In this document: positions 45,236 through 54,678 of the stretch, piece after piece
Layout of the letters: each line of letters begins with the position of its first letter
Numbering within the stretch: the first letter of the stretch is position 1
Source: a virus
IMG/VR virus record: IMGVR_UViG_3300045988_125651
Reading direction: 5' to 3' (one strand)
DNA length: 64,000 bases
Position numbers and translations under genes: made by a program
Notes under the pieces: model-generated
What the model was told of the DNA's origin: nothing
What the model saw: the letters and a program-made list of their open reading frames with translations, nothing else
Database searches by the model: none

Positions 45236-45700
45236 ATGAATGTACGCAACTTACTTGCTGACGCTTTCGATAGCGCAGCTTCACGCATCCGCAACAACTC
45301 ATGCGGAATGACAGACCAAGAAATGGAGGCAGCTCTACACAAAATGCTCTATCTGCTCGACTCCGACCATCATTTCAACGAAGACAACGCACGTGCTGCC
45401 ATCGCCCAAATGTACTACTTCTATGACGACACGCACAAGCGTTATGCACCGTTCTTCCCCTACGAGGATATACGTGCAGCTTACGACAAGATGTATCTTT
45501 CCTTGCCCGACGATTACAATTTCTGGGATTTCTGCGTCACCGTCAACCTCATGTACTCAAACCACATCGAAACACTCCGCTCATGGTTTCGTGACCGCAG
45601 CCGACTGCTACAGAAGTCTTGCGAACTCGCACGCAGCTTTCTCCTTGACGAGGATACCGACCACCCATCTGATAAAATTTGGTGGTATGTGAACTCTTGA
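45236..45700 (+). CDS. hypothetical protein
   Basis: 154-aa ORF, last gene of the plus-strand early block. Confidence 0.65.
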   Translation: MNVRNLLADAFDSAASRIRNNSCGMTDQEMEAALHKMLYLLDSDHHFNEDNARAAIAQMYYFYDDTHKRYAPFFPYEDIRAAYDKMYLSLPDDYNFWDFCVTVNLMYSNHIETLRSWFRDRSRLLQKSCELARSFLLDEDTDHPSDKIWWYVNS

Positions 45701-45709
45701 TGATAAACG

Positions 45710-45758
45710 AAAAAGCGGATGGTGTAGGGGTTTTGCTTCCCTCTCCATCCGCTTTTTT
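45710..45758. terminator. bidirectional terminator
   Basis: AAAAAGCGGATGG (45710-45722) pairs with CCATCCGCTTTTTT (45745-45758), between convergent genes. Confidence 0.65.
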
Positions 45759-45763
45759 ATGCA

Positions 45764-46495
45764 TCAAGCCTCCATATACTTCTCCACAATGTCCATGTTC
45801 AAGTCAGCTGCATATTTGCAAGCCTCCTCATACATTTCTATGTCTGCCAACTTCCTACATATTATGTCGCCAGCCAACACACAGTTGCTGTCCTTGTTGC
45901 AGTCTATGTTTCCGCCACCGCACCTCATTATCGGTGCTACAGCCTTATCCCAGTTCGCCTTTACAGCAGCAAACGAACTCTCTGCCTTGAACATTTCCGT
46001 CAAGTCAACGCCAATGTTTTTCGAACCGTCACGCAAGAACTTCCCGAACGTGTTCTCCGCAATGTCGTTCAGCGTAGATGCAGTCAGAAGATAAGATTTC
46101 AGTGTGTGCTCCTCTATTTTCTCTCTCATAAGCAGTGCGTCATAGCTCCACCTCAATTTTTGCACGTCCACCTTCATTTTGTCCGCAACAGCGTCCGACA
46201 CATCAAGCCACATCTGGTACTTGTCCCACAGCTTCATCTTCATCTTGCTGTTCCAACTTTCGTATGCGCCCAGAGCAGCGTTCGCATCCTTCTTCACCTC
46301 GAACTTCCAAAATCTGCTTTCCTTCAGCAACGGCATTGCGTCTACCATCGCACTCTGTGCCAAGTTATATACCGAGCCTATTATTATGTAGTACATTGAA
46401 CAACGCTCGTCAATGTCTTTAAGTACTCTTCGAGCAACATCAGGATGCACTGCCAACATATTTCTACCTATTCTTGCCATACTTCTTATAATCAT
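45764..46495 (-). CDS. hypothetical protein (243 aa)
   Basis: Long ORF at the end of the minus-strand block. Confidence 0.7.
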   Translation of the reverse strand: MIIRSMARIGRNMLAVHPDVARRVLKDIDERCSMYYIIIGSVYNLAQSAMVDAMPLLKESRFWKFEVKKDANAALGAYESWNSKMKMKLWDKYQMWLDVSDAVADKMKVDVQKLRWSYDALLMREKIEEHTLKSYLLTASTLNDIAENTFGKFLRDGSKNIGVDLTEMFKAESSFAAVKANWDKAVAPIMRCGGGNIDCNKDSNCVLAGDIICRKLADIEMYEEACKYAADLNMDIVEKYMEA

Positions 46496-46817
46496 TACAT
46501 TTCTTTCTCAAAAACGACTCTATATTTTGTTTCTCCTCCATGAGTCGCTTCTTGCTTTCGAAACTTAAAACATTTGGCTCTGCTGTGCTTACCTTACTAG
46601 TATATTTGTTGCGCACATGAATGTGAGGGTAGACTTTGTATGTGTATTTGTCAGGCAATGGGATTATACCGAACAGCTTTCTTTGTGAGCTACGCAATAT
46701 ATGCCCAATCAGGAAAACCTTCTTCACCTCCTCTCCGCAAATCTTCATTTCTTTTTCTACTTCCAACATCATGTTGCTAACAGAAACCTCTGTGCTGTAG
46801 ATAATTCTTTTCTCCAT
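46464..46817 (-). CDS. hypothetical protein
   Basis: 117-aa ORF. Confidence 0.6.
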   Translation of the reverse strand: MEKRIIYSTEVSVSNMMLEVEKEMKICGEEVKKVFLIGHILRSSQRKLFGIIPLPDKYTYKVYPHIHVRNKYTSKVSTAEPNVLSFESKKRLMEEKQNIESFLRKKCNDYKKYGKNR

Positions 46818-46868
46818 AGTGTGTTTTGCTTAATGATACAACTTAATTCCCGGTCTAACAGATTGCCG

Positions 46869-47279
46869 TTATAGACTCTCCATCTTACTGGATATTGAAA
46901 AATCTGCCTTTCCATTACTGTTTCCTTCCTTACCGCTTTGCTTGACGAACACTTGTTGTATAAATTGTTCCAACACCCTGTTGTGTCGTGCAATTCTTCT
47001 TTCCATTCGTTTTGTTTCAATAGCATCCAAAAGGGACTGTGTATACTTCGGCAAACGAAGAATAGCCTCATCAAGCCGCATGTCATAGCTTTTTAACCAG
47101 TATAAGACACGACGGTGTTTCACTTTTGTACCCTTTGAGGCATACATCCAACCTGCACGAAAGACCCATCGTCTAAACCAATAAGGATAACGTTTGTGTC
47201 TTTTACCTCTACATTCCAGGCTATAAAGCTCATAGAAGTCACTCGCCTTAATTATCTTCTTTGCCAATCTTGCTTTCAT
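46869..47279 (-). CDS. hypothetical basic protein, N-terminal paralog of 50048..50293
   Basis: MKARLAKKIIKAS N-terminus is shared with the other copy. Confidence 0.6.
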   Translation of the reverse strand: MKARLAKKIIKASDFYELYSLECRGKRHKRYPYWFRRWVFRAGWMYASKGTKVKHRRVLYWLKSYDMRLDEAILRLPKYTQSLLDAIETKRMERRIARHNRVLEQFIQQVFVKQSGKEGNSNGKADFSISSKMESL

Positions 47280-47282
47280 AGG

Positions 47283-47738
47283 CTATTCTTTTTTGATGTT
47301 CAACTTCTGCCATTCGGGGTCGTGGACGTTGCCTATCACCTCGAAGTTACTACACCATAACTGATTGATGTCTAAATGGACTCCTTCGAAATACTTGTCA
47401 ACACTTAGTTTTTTGTTTGTGTGGCAGAGCATGAAATACTTCCCTCCGACTTCATCCCACACAATAGTACCGAAACGCAAATCACGACACGTTTTTTCTT
47501 CGTTTATAAAACTAAAAGGAAAAATATCCGACCGTAATACGTCGCCCTCATAAATCTCCTTGCCGTTCTTGTCGAAGAGACCTGTGTTACTGCCTACAGT
47601 CTCTGGATCAACCTCATACCCACCAACCATTGTACGAGGTTCTAAGCCTGTTGTTGTCACTTTTTTGTTGTGAACCAAGTCACCATATCGCCAAGCGTCT
47701 GTGAAGACGTCTTTGCCACGAAATTTGATTGTTCTCAT
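47283..47738 (-). CDS. YopX-family protein
   Basis: MRTIKFRGK ... GKEIYEGDV ... VIGNVHD pattern typical of YopX. Confidence 0.7.
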   Translation of the reverse strand: MRTIKFRGKDVFTDAWRYGDLVHNKKVTTTGLEPRTMVGGYEVDPETVGSNTGLFDKNGKEIYEGDVLRSDIFPFSFINEEKTCRDLRFGTIVWDEVGGKYFMLCHTNKKLSVDKYFEGVHLDINQLWCSNFEVIGNVHDPEWQKLNIKKE

Positions 47739-47741
47739 AAA

Positions 47742-48116
47742 TTATTCCTCCTTTATACCAAAGGCTGTACCATCGATAAATTTATACATATTAAACATAT
47801 ATTCATAATCAAGCCAATTGTTATTTGTACCAAAATTTATCTTGTCATTCATAATACCTATAATATTGAAATATCCATGAGATGCTTTAATCCATCCAAA
47901 CGGCTGGTGCTTCTGCATTTCCTGCCAACACTCTACTGCGTCCTTGAATGGGCGGTACTTGGGTTCTGTCTTGATACGGTATCTTAGCGGATTTAAATTA
48001 AAACCAGCATCATCGCCCAGATAACGCCAATCAATATCTTCTTGTACCAGTATAGTTTTACCTTCTGCAAATGCCTGTATAATAGGCAGCAGTTCTTTTG
48101 CTTGTTGTCTGTTCAT
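47742..48116 (-). CDS. hypothetical protein (124 aa)
   Basis: MNRQQAKELLPIIQAFAEGK. Has a frameshifted paralog just upstream on the minus sense. Confidence 0.65.
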   Translation of the reverse strand: MNRQQAKELLPIIQAFAEGKTILVQEDIDWRYLGDDAGFNLNPLRYRIKTEPKYRPFKDAVECWQEMQKHQPFGWIKASHGYFNIIGIMNDKINFGTNNNWLDYEYMFNMYKFIDGTAFGIKEE

Positions 48117-48291
48117 TGTTAATCCTCCTATCTTTTTAGTGATTCTTTAATACGTTTTTTTATTTAGTCTTGTATTTCCATGTTATCTTTATATTATTAG
48201 CTTTTCTTAATTCAGTTACAATTTTATTTATTGAATCAATAATTTTATGTTTATCTACAATGTTTTTATTTGTTTTCATTATTATTTGTAT

Positions 48292-48469
48292 TTATGGTTT
48301 AATACGGTATTTATACAAATGTGTATTAAAGGATGGATCACGAGTTATTTCCCAATCATCATCAAAACCATCCCACTCTTCAATATCTTTTGAGCTATAT
48401 TGAATTTCTTTGCCTTCAATAAAAGCTTGTATAATAGGTACATAACTCTTTTGCTTCTTTTCTATTCAT
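48292..48469 (-). pseudogene. frameshifted short paralog of 47742..48116
   Basis: MNRKEAKEL in one frame, then (Y)VPIIQAFIEGKEIQY...YRIKP in the +1 frame. The length of 178 nt is not a multiple of 3, and one extra T follows GAGTTA. Confidence 0.5.
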
Positions 48470-48471
48470 AC

Positions 48472-48639
48472 TCAATCCTCCAATTTTATATTATGTTCAT
48501 TTGCGATACTATCTTCTGCCTCTTCGCAAAACTGACCTTCGCAAAGTGATTCTGGGAGTGCTCTGCTAGTATAATACTCTCGGTGGCATAGTCCACAGAT
48601 TTCTTTTTCGAACTGATATCTTAACTCTTCTCTAGTCAT
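48472..48639 (-). CDS. small Cys-rich protein (55 aa)
   Basis: MTREELRYQFEKEICGLCH...CEGQFCEE. TAATG overlap with the upstream gene. Below the track cut-off. Confidence 0.4.
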   Translation of the reverse strand: MTREELRYQFEKEICGLCHREYYTSRALPESLCEGQFCEEAEDSIANEHNIKLED

Positions 48640-48839
48640 TACTCATTCTCCTCTCTGACTAAATAATCATACATAGGTTCACAATTTCTGAGATATTCTT
48701 TACGTATCTTTTCTGCCTCTTCCTTTGTATCACAAGTTGCTACAACTCCATCGGGATATGTGTCCCAATATCTAACTACTTTAAATTTTATCATATCAAT
48801 CCTCCAACTCTTTAAGAGCTCCTTCCAAGTAACCAACAA
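48639..48839 (-). CDS. hypothetical small protein
   Basis: 66-aa ORF. Confidence 0.55.
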   Translation of the reverse strand: MLVTWKELLKSWRIDMIKFKVVRYWDTYPDGVVATCDTKEEAEKIRKEYLRNCEPMYDYLVREENE

Positions 48840-48944
48840 TCATTTTTTCTTCAAATTTTGAATAATAGTTACCATTCATATAACGAATGGTCTTTTCAAT
48901 AGCTGATTTTATTTTTTCTTTGTTCATTGATTATCCTCCTTTCT

Positions 48945-49229
48945 TTATTCAATTTTGGTGATTTTACCAAAATAATACTGTTCACGCTTTGAACGTGAGC
49001 CATCTTTGTTCTGATAATTAACCATGCAAGGTACATTTATTGAATTGGGTGTGGCAAGAATTAATCTGCTAATCCAATACACTTTACCTTCGCTATCTAT
49101 ACATTTATCGTTTGGCTGTATAGGATAACTGGAAAGGTATTCGTTTTGCAGATTCTTTATTTCTCGTTCAATTGCCATTCTTTTGCCTTTCAACACGCTC
49201 ATGCGCTTTTCAAATTCTTCTTGTGTCAT
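48945..49229 (-). CDS. hypothetical protein
   Basis: 94-aa ORF. Confidence 0.6.
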   Translation of the reverse strand: MTQEEFEKRMSVLKGKRMAIEREIKNLQNEYLSSYPIQPNDKCIDSEGKVYWISRLILATPNSINVPCMVNYQNKDGSRSKREQYYFGKITKIE

Positions 49230-49241
49230 ATTGTTGTTCTC

Positions 49242-49580
49242 CTACATAAAGTTTTTAATAAATTCTCGAACTTCTTTCAAGTACTGTCCTCCACAATCCT
49301 TTTCAAGCTCAATCATTTTTTGCTTGCTAAAGTTTGCGACTTTTATCATTTCGACGGTTGGCACATCTTCAAGTTTCTGTATTATTCGGGACTGTATTAA
49401 CAACCACGAACCTCTCTCAAAGTCTGTAATACGGCTTTTCCCAATTTCTTTTTCAGCTTTCCTACACAAACCACATAATTCGCGCATTTCTTTTTCCAAC
49501 TGCTCAAAGGTGTATTGCCTCCAATGATAGCTAAGATACGAGCCTTTATTTACAGCGTCTTTTAATATTTCTTCGTTCAT
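49242..49580 (-). CDS. hypothetical protein
   Basis: 112-aa ORF. Confidence 0.6.
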   Translation of the reverse strand: MNEEILKDAVNKGSYLSYHWRQYTFEQLEKEMRELCGLCRKAEKEIGKSRITDFERGSWLLIQSRIIQKLEDVPTVEMIKVANFSKQKMIELEKDCGGQYLKEVREFIKNFM

Positions 49581-49849
49581 TTTTCTTCCTCCAATTCTTT
49601 ATTGATTTCTTCAAGCAAATCGCCAGTTGCCTTAATCTCAATAGCGGTTTTATTGTCGAAATTGATATACATAGTGTCTGTCTTGTTTTCTACGCAGAAT
49701 TGACGTAACTTCCACTTTATAATACCAAAGATTTCTGTATCTGTGATGATACGTCTGTCATCAAGCATAAGGTTTGGGTTTCGTTTAGAAACCTTTGCGA
49801 GAAACACGTTGAAGCAAGCTGGGCATATTTTATAATCATGTGCTGACAT
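49577..49849 (-). CDS. hypothetical protein
   Basis: 90-aa ORF with ATGA overlap. Confidence 0.6.
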   Translation of the reverse strand: MSAHDYKICPACFNVFLAKVSKRNPNLMLDDRRIITDTEIFGIIKWKLRQFCVENKTDTMYINFDNKTAIEIKATGDLLEEINKELEEEK

Positions 49850-49851
49850 AG

Positions 49852-49995
49852 TTATTTTCTTTTACGTTTTTTGTTTTGCAGATACTGTCCGTATTCTTTT
49901 GGTGAGCTTGTAAATATTGGACCGCAAGCTTCTATAAGCACAGGCTTGTTGTAATAAAGTCTGTATATGTTTTCTATCTGTTCTATATTATTCAT
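49852..49995 (-). CDS. hypothetical small protein (47 aa)
   Basis: MNNIEQIENIYRLYYNK...KKRKRK. Its stop lies 2 nt before the next start. Below the track cut-off. Confidence 0.35.
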   Translation of the reverse strand: MNNIEQIENIYRLYYNKPVLIEACGPIFTSSPKEYGQYLQNKKRKRK

Positions 49996-50047
49996 GTTTT
50001 GCTATTATAATCTCTCCCTGCTACAAGGGAGATGATGGTTCATTTGT

Positions 50048-50293
50048 TTATATTAGTGTTTTACGAGATTGTATTTTATAGGAAATAAACCGGCAGTATA
50101 CATCCGCTTTGCGTGAAGCTACAAGTAGACGATAATCAGCTTTCTCTTCCTGATGATAGATAACTATACGTTGCCATATTTCCCATTTTTGCAACCAATA
50201 CCTATTTTTACATAGCTTTTTATCGTATATATGGCAATACCAGTTATATAAAGGGCTTGCCTTCACGATTTTCTTTGCTAATCTTGCTTTCAT
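50048..50293 (-). CDS. hypothetical basic protein, N-terminal paralog of 46869..47279
   Basis: MKARLAKKIVKAS N-terminus. Confidence 0.55.
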   Translation of the reverse strand: MKARLAKKIVKASPLYNWYCHIYDKKLCKNRYWLQKWEIWQRIVIYHQEEKADYRLLVASRKADVYCRFISYKIQSRKTLI

Positions 50294-50304
50294 AAGCTTG
50301 ATTT

Positions 50305-50916
50305 TTAATGCTCTGTTATTCCGTAGATTTCGGGCAACTTGCAGATTACATCACCTCCGTAACTACACTTTGTTAATTCGATAAACTCACGGACTGTTGT
50401 GGTGCCATCAAGGTCTATACCCTTAGATAGACAGAAACTCTCGCGCCCCATTCGACATGAGCCAGTAAGTACGTGATGATAGGCGAAGAGGTCTCGGTTA
50501 GGATAAGGTGTGTCGTACTCGGGGAACTTCTTGCGGAATGCCTCGATACGTTCTTCCTCTGTACTGCCGTCATATAAATTCTCTTGCAGAGCGGTGAAAG
50601 CGTCATGTAGAGTGTCGCCATGTGCGAACTTGTTTTGCTCCTTGACAATGTAGCAAGGTTCTAACGTCAAATCATTTTGCAGGATAAAGCCTTGCGCAAT
50701 GTTGTCACGAACAGACTTGATAATTGTCTGTATTCCATCTACAATATAGACATGGTTACCATTTATATCTTTTACGCCACAGTTATCGCCAAATCCACAG
50801 TCAGAGCCAGAGCCATAGCCATAGCCAGAACTATAATCATGGCCAGAACTATAGTCATGGCCATGGTCATTGCTAAGACTTAGGAAGTTTTTAATTTTTG
50901 TCTCTAACGCTTCCAT
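50305..50916 (-). CDS. hypothetical protein with GHDYSSGHDYSSGYGYGSGS repeat
   Basis: I preferred the start at MEALETK (50916), which overlaps the upstream gene by 13 nt. The track start is 50958. Confidence 0.6.
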   Translation of the reverse strand: MEALETKIKNFLSLSNDHGHDYSSGHDYSSGYGYGSGSDCGFGDNCGVKDINGNHVYIVDGIQTIIKSVRDNIAQGFILQNDLTLEPCYIVKEQNKFAHGDTLHDAFTALQENLYDGSTEEERIEAFRKKFPEYDTPYPNRDLFAYHHVLTGSCRMGRESFCLSKGIDLDGTTTVREFIELTKCSYGGDVICKLPEIYGITEH

Positions 50917-51200
50917 TCTCTTACCTCCTCTATAGACTTGATAGCCTTGTCTGTACAAGGTATAATCTCTATTGCATCAAGTATCGTGATACTATCAATT
51001 GTGACTGTAAACTTGCAATTGGCAGGACATGACGTTCCATCCTTGGAAAGCTGTGATAATGTAGCTGCTCCATCCCAAAACCACAGACGACGAGCGTTGT
51101 GTAATGTCACTTCTCTGCCATTCTGTGCTACAAGTGTTCCGAACTCTACTCCGCTACGATCGCCACGAATGATTACTTTTTTGTTGATGTTTGTTTCCAT
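50904..51200 (-). CDS. hypothetical protein
   Basis: 98-aa ORF. Confidence 0.65.
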   Translation of the reverse strand: METNINKKVIIRGDRSGVEFGTLVAQNGREVTLHNARRLWFWDGAATLSQLSKDGTSCPANCKFTVTIDSITILDAIEIIPCTDKAIKSIEEVREWKR

Positions 51201-51266
51201 TGTTTCTATTTTTATATTGTTAGTGTATTAATGTTTGTTTTTCTTTGCGAGTATTTAGCTTTTTAT

Positions 51267-51848
51267 TTAAATAAGTCCAAACTCGTAGACGAAGACGTAG
51301 GGGTTGCTCTCCCATGTGCCTTTTCCTGCGATCTTGTCAATGAGCAGGGAGTATGGTTTTTTGGCTGTCCCATAGGTGGCAGATTCATCTGTGATGCTGT
51401 AAAAATGCGCCTTGTTTATTCTGCTATCAAAATCCACGATACCCTCAGCCAAACAGTCCTCTTCGCTGATGTCTTGCAAGCGTTCAGCACGTATGTCAGT
51501 GATGCGGATACGATGCAGCATTTTGTCTGCCCGAACAAACATCTTATTAGTGTAACCTTTAGAGTTCCTTAATTTATTGATTTCTTCTTCGTTGTAGCCA
51601 GCTTCACTTACTAATTCGCAGTATGCTTGTGCTACGGCAACTTCCTCACCTATGCAGTAACGTGAATGGGCTATTTCATCAATTCCTCGAAAGAGGGTTG
51701 CCCTTCCGATATTTTTTGGTTCGACGCAAATACCACAATCAATAATGGTGGCATTGCCAGTGTAGGCAATACGTCTTGTCTGTGTCTTGCGACCTTCAAG
51801 TACGGCTTGGGTGAGTCCGTACTTGTTATTGAACATTATTTTCTTCAT
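51267..51848 (-). CDS. hypothetical protein (possibly ASCH/PUA-like)
   Basis: 193 aa. The N-terminal AVLEGRKTQTRR is reminiscent of ASCH-type domains, a weak similarity. Confidence 0.6.
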   Translation of the reverse strand: MKKIMFNNKYGLTQAVLEGRKTQTRRIAYTGNATIIDCGICVEPKNIGRATLFRGIDEIAHSRYCIGEEVAVAQAYCELVSEAGYNEEEINKLRNSKGYTNKMFVRADKMLHRIRITDIRAERLQDISEEDCLAEGIVDFDSRINKAHFYSITDESATYGTAKKPYSLLIDKIAGKGTWESNPYVFVYEFGLI

Positions 51849-51880
51849 AATTACATTCCATTAATATGAATAACTTTTAC

Positions 51881-52066
51881 TCACTTGTGATACTCGTCCT
51901 TAATTGGTTCAACCTTGAATCTTTTATAGGATTTACTTCCCATAAGCTCATCACCACTGCCGAGGCCGAGATAATCCTCGACAATTTCTTTGACTTCATC
52001 TTGTGTGTAATCATCACCTTCTTCAAGAGTGATTGTTACCTTGAATGAATATTGTTTCTCTCTCAT
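51881..52066 (-). CDS. hypothetical small acidic protein
   Basis: 61-aa ORF. Confidence 0.5.
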   Translation of the reverse strand: MREKQYSFKVTITLEEGDDYTQDEVKEIVEDYLGLGSGDELMGSKSYKRFKVEPIKDEYHK

Positions 52067-52095
52067 TCTCTAATACTTTTAGTGCTTTGTTTAAA

Positions 52096-52548
52096 TTATA
52101 CTTTAAGTTCCGCGTCCAAGCCCAATGCCCAAAGTATATGCTGTAGCTCGTGGACGTAATTAATATTTTTCAATTCTTGTATTTCCTTGCCAACAGAAAA
52201 CGGAACTTTATCATCATAACTATCATAGGCAATTCGAACACTACAACCTTTTTTACGAAATAACGCCCACGGAAGTCCCTTATGGGAAATGCGTTTCCAC
52301 CCGTTCTTTTTGAGAATATCGGGAGTTAAGGGAATTGGGGATATATATTTGCACCAAACACCCCAAGAAATGTTACAATGGTTTACTTCAAACTCAATAA
52401 GATTAGCACACCCTTTCAAATTCATTTCTTCAAAAGATTTTTCGGGATCTATTGCTACAACCTTGCACATGGTACCTTTGGGTACCATACAACCTACCTC
52501 GTTTACCTTTACGAGGTCTCCTATCCTCAAGTCTTCCGCTTTAATCAT
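52096..52548 (-). CDS. hypothetical protein
   Basis: 150-aa ORF with ATGA overlap with the MTase gene. Confidence 0.65.
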   Translation of the reverse strand: MIKAEDLRIGDLVKVNEVGCMVPKGTMCKVVAIDPEKSFEEMNLKGCANLIEFEVNHCNISWGVWCKYISPIPLTPDILKKNGWKRISHKGLPWALFRKKGCSVRIAYDSYDDKVPFSVGKEIQELKNINYVHELQHILWALGLDAELKV

Positions 52549-53162
52549 TTGTCACCTCCTTTCGGCATCTTCATGAACGCCATCCAAATAGTATTGTTTT
52601 TTATTGTTGTGCGATGACCGAATACTGGTCTATAGTCGGTGATAGCATTTAAAACATCATTGACTTTTATCTGTTGCTCGTTCCACTTGAATATCAAGAC
52701 ACCGTAATCAGCCAACACTCTCATACACTCGTGTATGGAGTCGTTTATGAACTGCTGCCAATTCTCAGGGAGTTTCCCATATTTCTTGCAAAGCCAGGAT
52801 TTTTCGCCTACTCTTGCGAGGTGAGGAGGGTCAAATATAACCATACGGAATTTTCCATCTTGAAATGGCATATCAGTACAATCCGCTATCATATCCGGCT
52901 GGATATCAAGCTTACGACCATCACAAAGTGTCTCGTGCAATTCCCTAATATCCGTAAAGAGAACATTTGGATCATACTTATCAAAGTAGAACATACGAGA
53001 ACCACAGCAACAGTCAAGGATTGGTTTTGTTGAAATTATTTTTTGCATTTCTCTTATATCTTTAAGTTTGTGCTTAATGGTTAAAACTTCTCTCTTAGCT
53101 GTACCTCCTTTCACATTCCCAAAAATTCTATTTTCCCGTTGGTCTTTCTTCGTCAGTTCCAT
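52545..53162 (-). CDS. stand-alone DNA methyltransferase (N6A or N4C class)
   Basis: Motif I-like ILDCCCGSRMFYF, followed by the catalytic motif IV VIFDPPH. Confidence 0.7.
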   Translation of the reverse strand: MELTKKDQRENRIFGNVKGGTAKREVLTIKHKLKDIREMQKIISTKPILDCCCGSRMFYFDKYDPNVLFTDIRELHETLCDGRKLDIQPDMIADCTDMPFQDGKFRMVIFDPPHLARVGEKSWLCKKYGKLPENWQQFINDSIHECMRVLADYGVLIFKWNEQQIKVNDVLNAITDYRPVFGHRTTIKNNTIWMAFMKMPKGGDK

Positions 53163-53376
53163 GCGTAATAGAATCGTATTGTCTGCAAATCTGCTTGTAC
53201 ACCAGCTCGCACCATTCGTCGGCAGACTTGCCGTTTAGGCTGTCAGCATACTCTTTGATGATAGTAAGAGCCTGATATGCGCCAAAGCAAGCGCTATTTA
53301 AATTGCTCTGATGTATCTCGTTTTCTGTCACTCCACCCAGAAGGTGTATGAGCCATATCTTGATTATTCTTTTCAT
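53128..53376 (-). CDS. hypothetical protein
   Basis: 82-aa ORF. Confidence 0.55.
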   Translation of the reverse strand: MKRIIKIWLIHLLGGVTENEIHQSNLNSACFGAYQALTIIKEYADSLNGKSADEWCELVYKQICRQYDSITHGTDEERPTGK

Positions 53377-53390
53377 AGTTGTATTGTTTT

Positions 53391-53600
53391 TTAGTTTCTT
53401 AATAAGTGAACTTTGACTAACTTGTGTACAGCACGTGGCTGCGCCTTGTTAAAATCATTAACTATACGACGTTCAAGTTCTGTGTGCCATACAGGTTTGT
53501 CGGTGCCAGGAAGAGTGATTTCGGCACGGACTCGCTGACCGTTGTCAAAAGAAAGGATAGCTGTGCGCTGCTCACGAGGTACAAATGGATTGTGTTTCAT
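53391..53600 (-). CDS. hypothetical protein
   Basis: 69-aa ORF. Confidence 0.55.
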   Translation of the reverse strand: MKHNPFVPREQRTAILSFDNGQRVRAEITLPGTDKPVWHTELERRIVNDFNKAQPRAVHKLVKVHLLRN

Positions 53601-53718
53601 TTCGCACTCCTTTCTGAAGATTGTATCGTTTTGTTATTTTTTTACTTTGATGTTTATAGGAGTATCTTCTTTGAAGTATTCCCATGATGTATACTCTTCC
53701 TTCATAGTTCTGTTGTTT

Positions 53719-54351
53719 TTATCGTTTCTTTACAGCCTCGTACAACTCCACGATTTCCTCGTCTGTCAAATCGCCTTCCTTGTCCAATCCATACAAAAAG
53801 AATTTTTCCTTAGAGATGCATGTTACTCCTGCCTGTGCAGCAAACACCGATATACCTCTTAGCGTTCCTGTCTTGCGGAATATGTCCACTATCTTGCGTA
53901 CGTAGGCTATGAAGTTCTGTGTCTGCTTGTCGTAGACTACTTTGCCCGGCATTTCTTCGGATACTTCTACCTTACTGTCAAACAGGGCTTCTATGTCGCT
54001 GATATTAATTCCTGCCTTGTGCAGCTGTTTGCTGTACGCTCTAAATAGACCGCATAGGTTCTTCACTACCTCCACCGTATAGCGTGCGCCCTTCAGTTTC
54101 TCATTCTCCTCATTGAGATTGTCGTACTGTTTTTTCAGGTGCTTGTATTCGCCCTCAATGGCGCTTTGCTTGTTCTTCGCCTCCATACGCTCAAGCATAT
54201 TGCGATAGAGCACGTCCTTCTGCTCTACGAGCATGTTCAGACGTTCGTTCTCCTTTTTTAGCTCATCGCGCTCTGCCACCACCTTGTCGTAGTTGCGCAG
54301 TATTATACGTGCCTGGTCTATAGGCGAGAGGTCTTTGTTGAATGTTGCCAT
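53719..54351 (-). CDS. coiled-coil protein (210 aa)
   Basis: Long heptad-rich K/E/N/L segments. Confidence 0.65.
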   Translation of the reverse strand: MATFNKDLSPIDQARIILRNYDKVVAERDELKKENERLNMLVEQKDVLYRNMLERMEAKNKQSAIEGEYKHLKKQYDNLNEENEKLKGARYTVEVVKNLCGLFRAYSKQLHKAGINISDIEALFDSKVEVSEEMPGKVVYDKQTQNFIAYVRKIVDIFRKTGTLRGISVFAAQAGVTCISKEKFFLYGLDKEGDLTDEEIVELYEAVKKR

Positions 54352-54364
54352 AATTGTAATAGTT

Positions 54365-54661
54365 TTATTGCTTATTGTTATTCGATTCTACTATGCAACT
54401 CAGCTGTTCCACCTGCTGCTGCAACTTAAACATCTCCTTGCTCGCATGGTCTCTCTCCATTCTTGCCTCTGCTACAAGTACCGAACCTACAACCACGCTC
54501 GCTATCAGCACCACTGCTACGCATACCCACGGCAGCCTGTGTGCAAATGTGTTCACGTCCTTACAGGCTCCCTTGGCAAAAGCCCAACCATACTTCAATG
54601 TGTACATGCCAGCCTCCTTCGTACTGACATTATCCACAAAGTCTATTCTTGTTGTCTTCAT
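54365..54661 (-). CDS. single-pass membrane protein
   Basis: 98 aa. TM segment LPWVCVAVVLIASVVVGSVLV followed by a coiled coil. Confidence 0.55.
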   Translation of the reverse strand: MKTTRIDFVDNVSTKEAGMYTLKYGWAFAKGACKDVNTFAHRLPWVCVAVVLIASVVVGSVLVAEARMERDHASKEMFKLQQQVEQLSCIVESNNNKQ

Positions 54662-54678
54662 ATTTCTTTATGTTTTAG

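Noticed and set aside
48170-48403. 77-aa plus-strand ORF (MYFHVIFILLAF...)
   Set aside because: It is an AT-rich shadow frame opposite the frameshifted paralog and other small minus-strand genes, and it opposes the direction of the whole operon.
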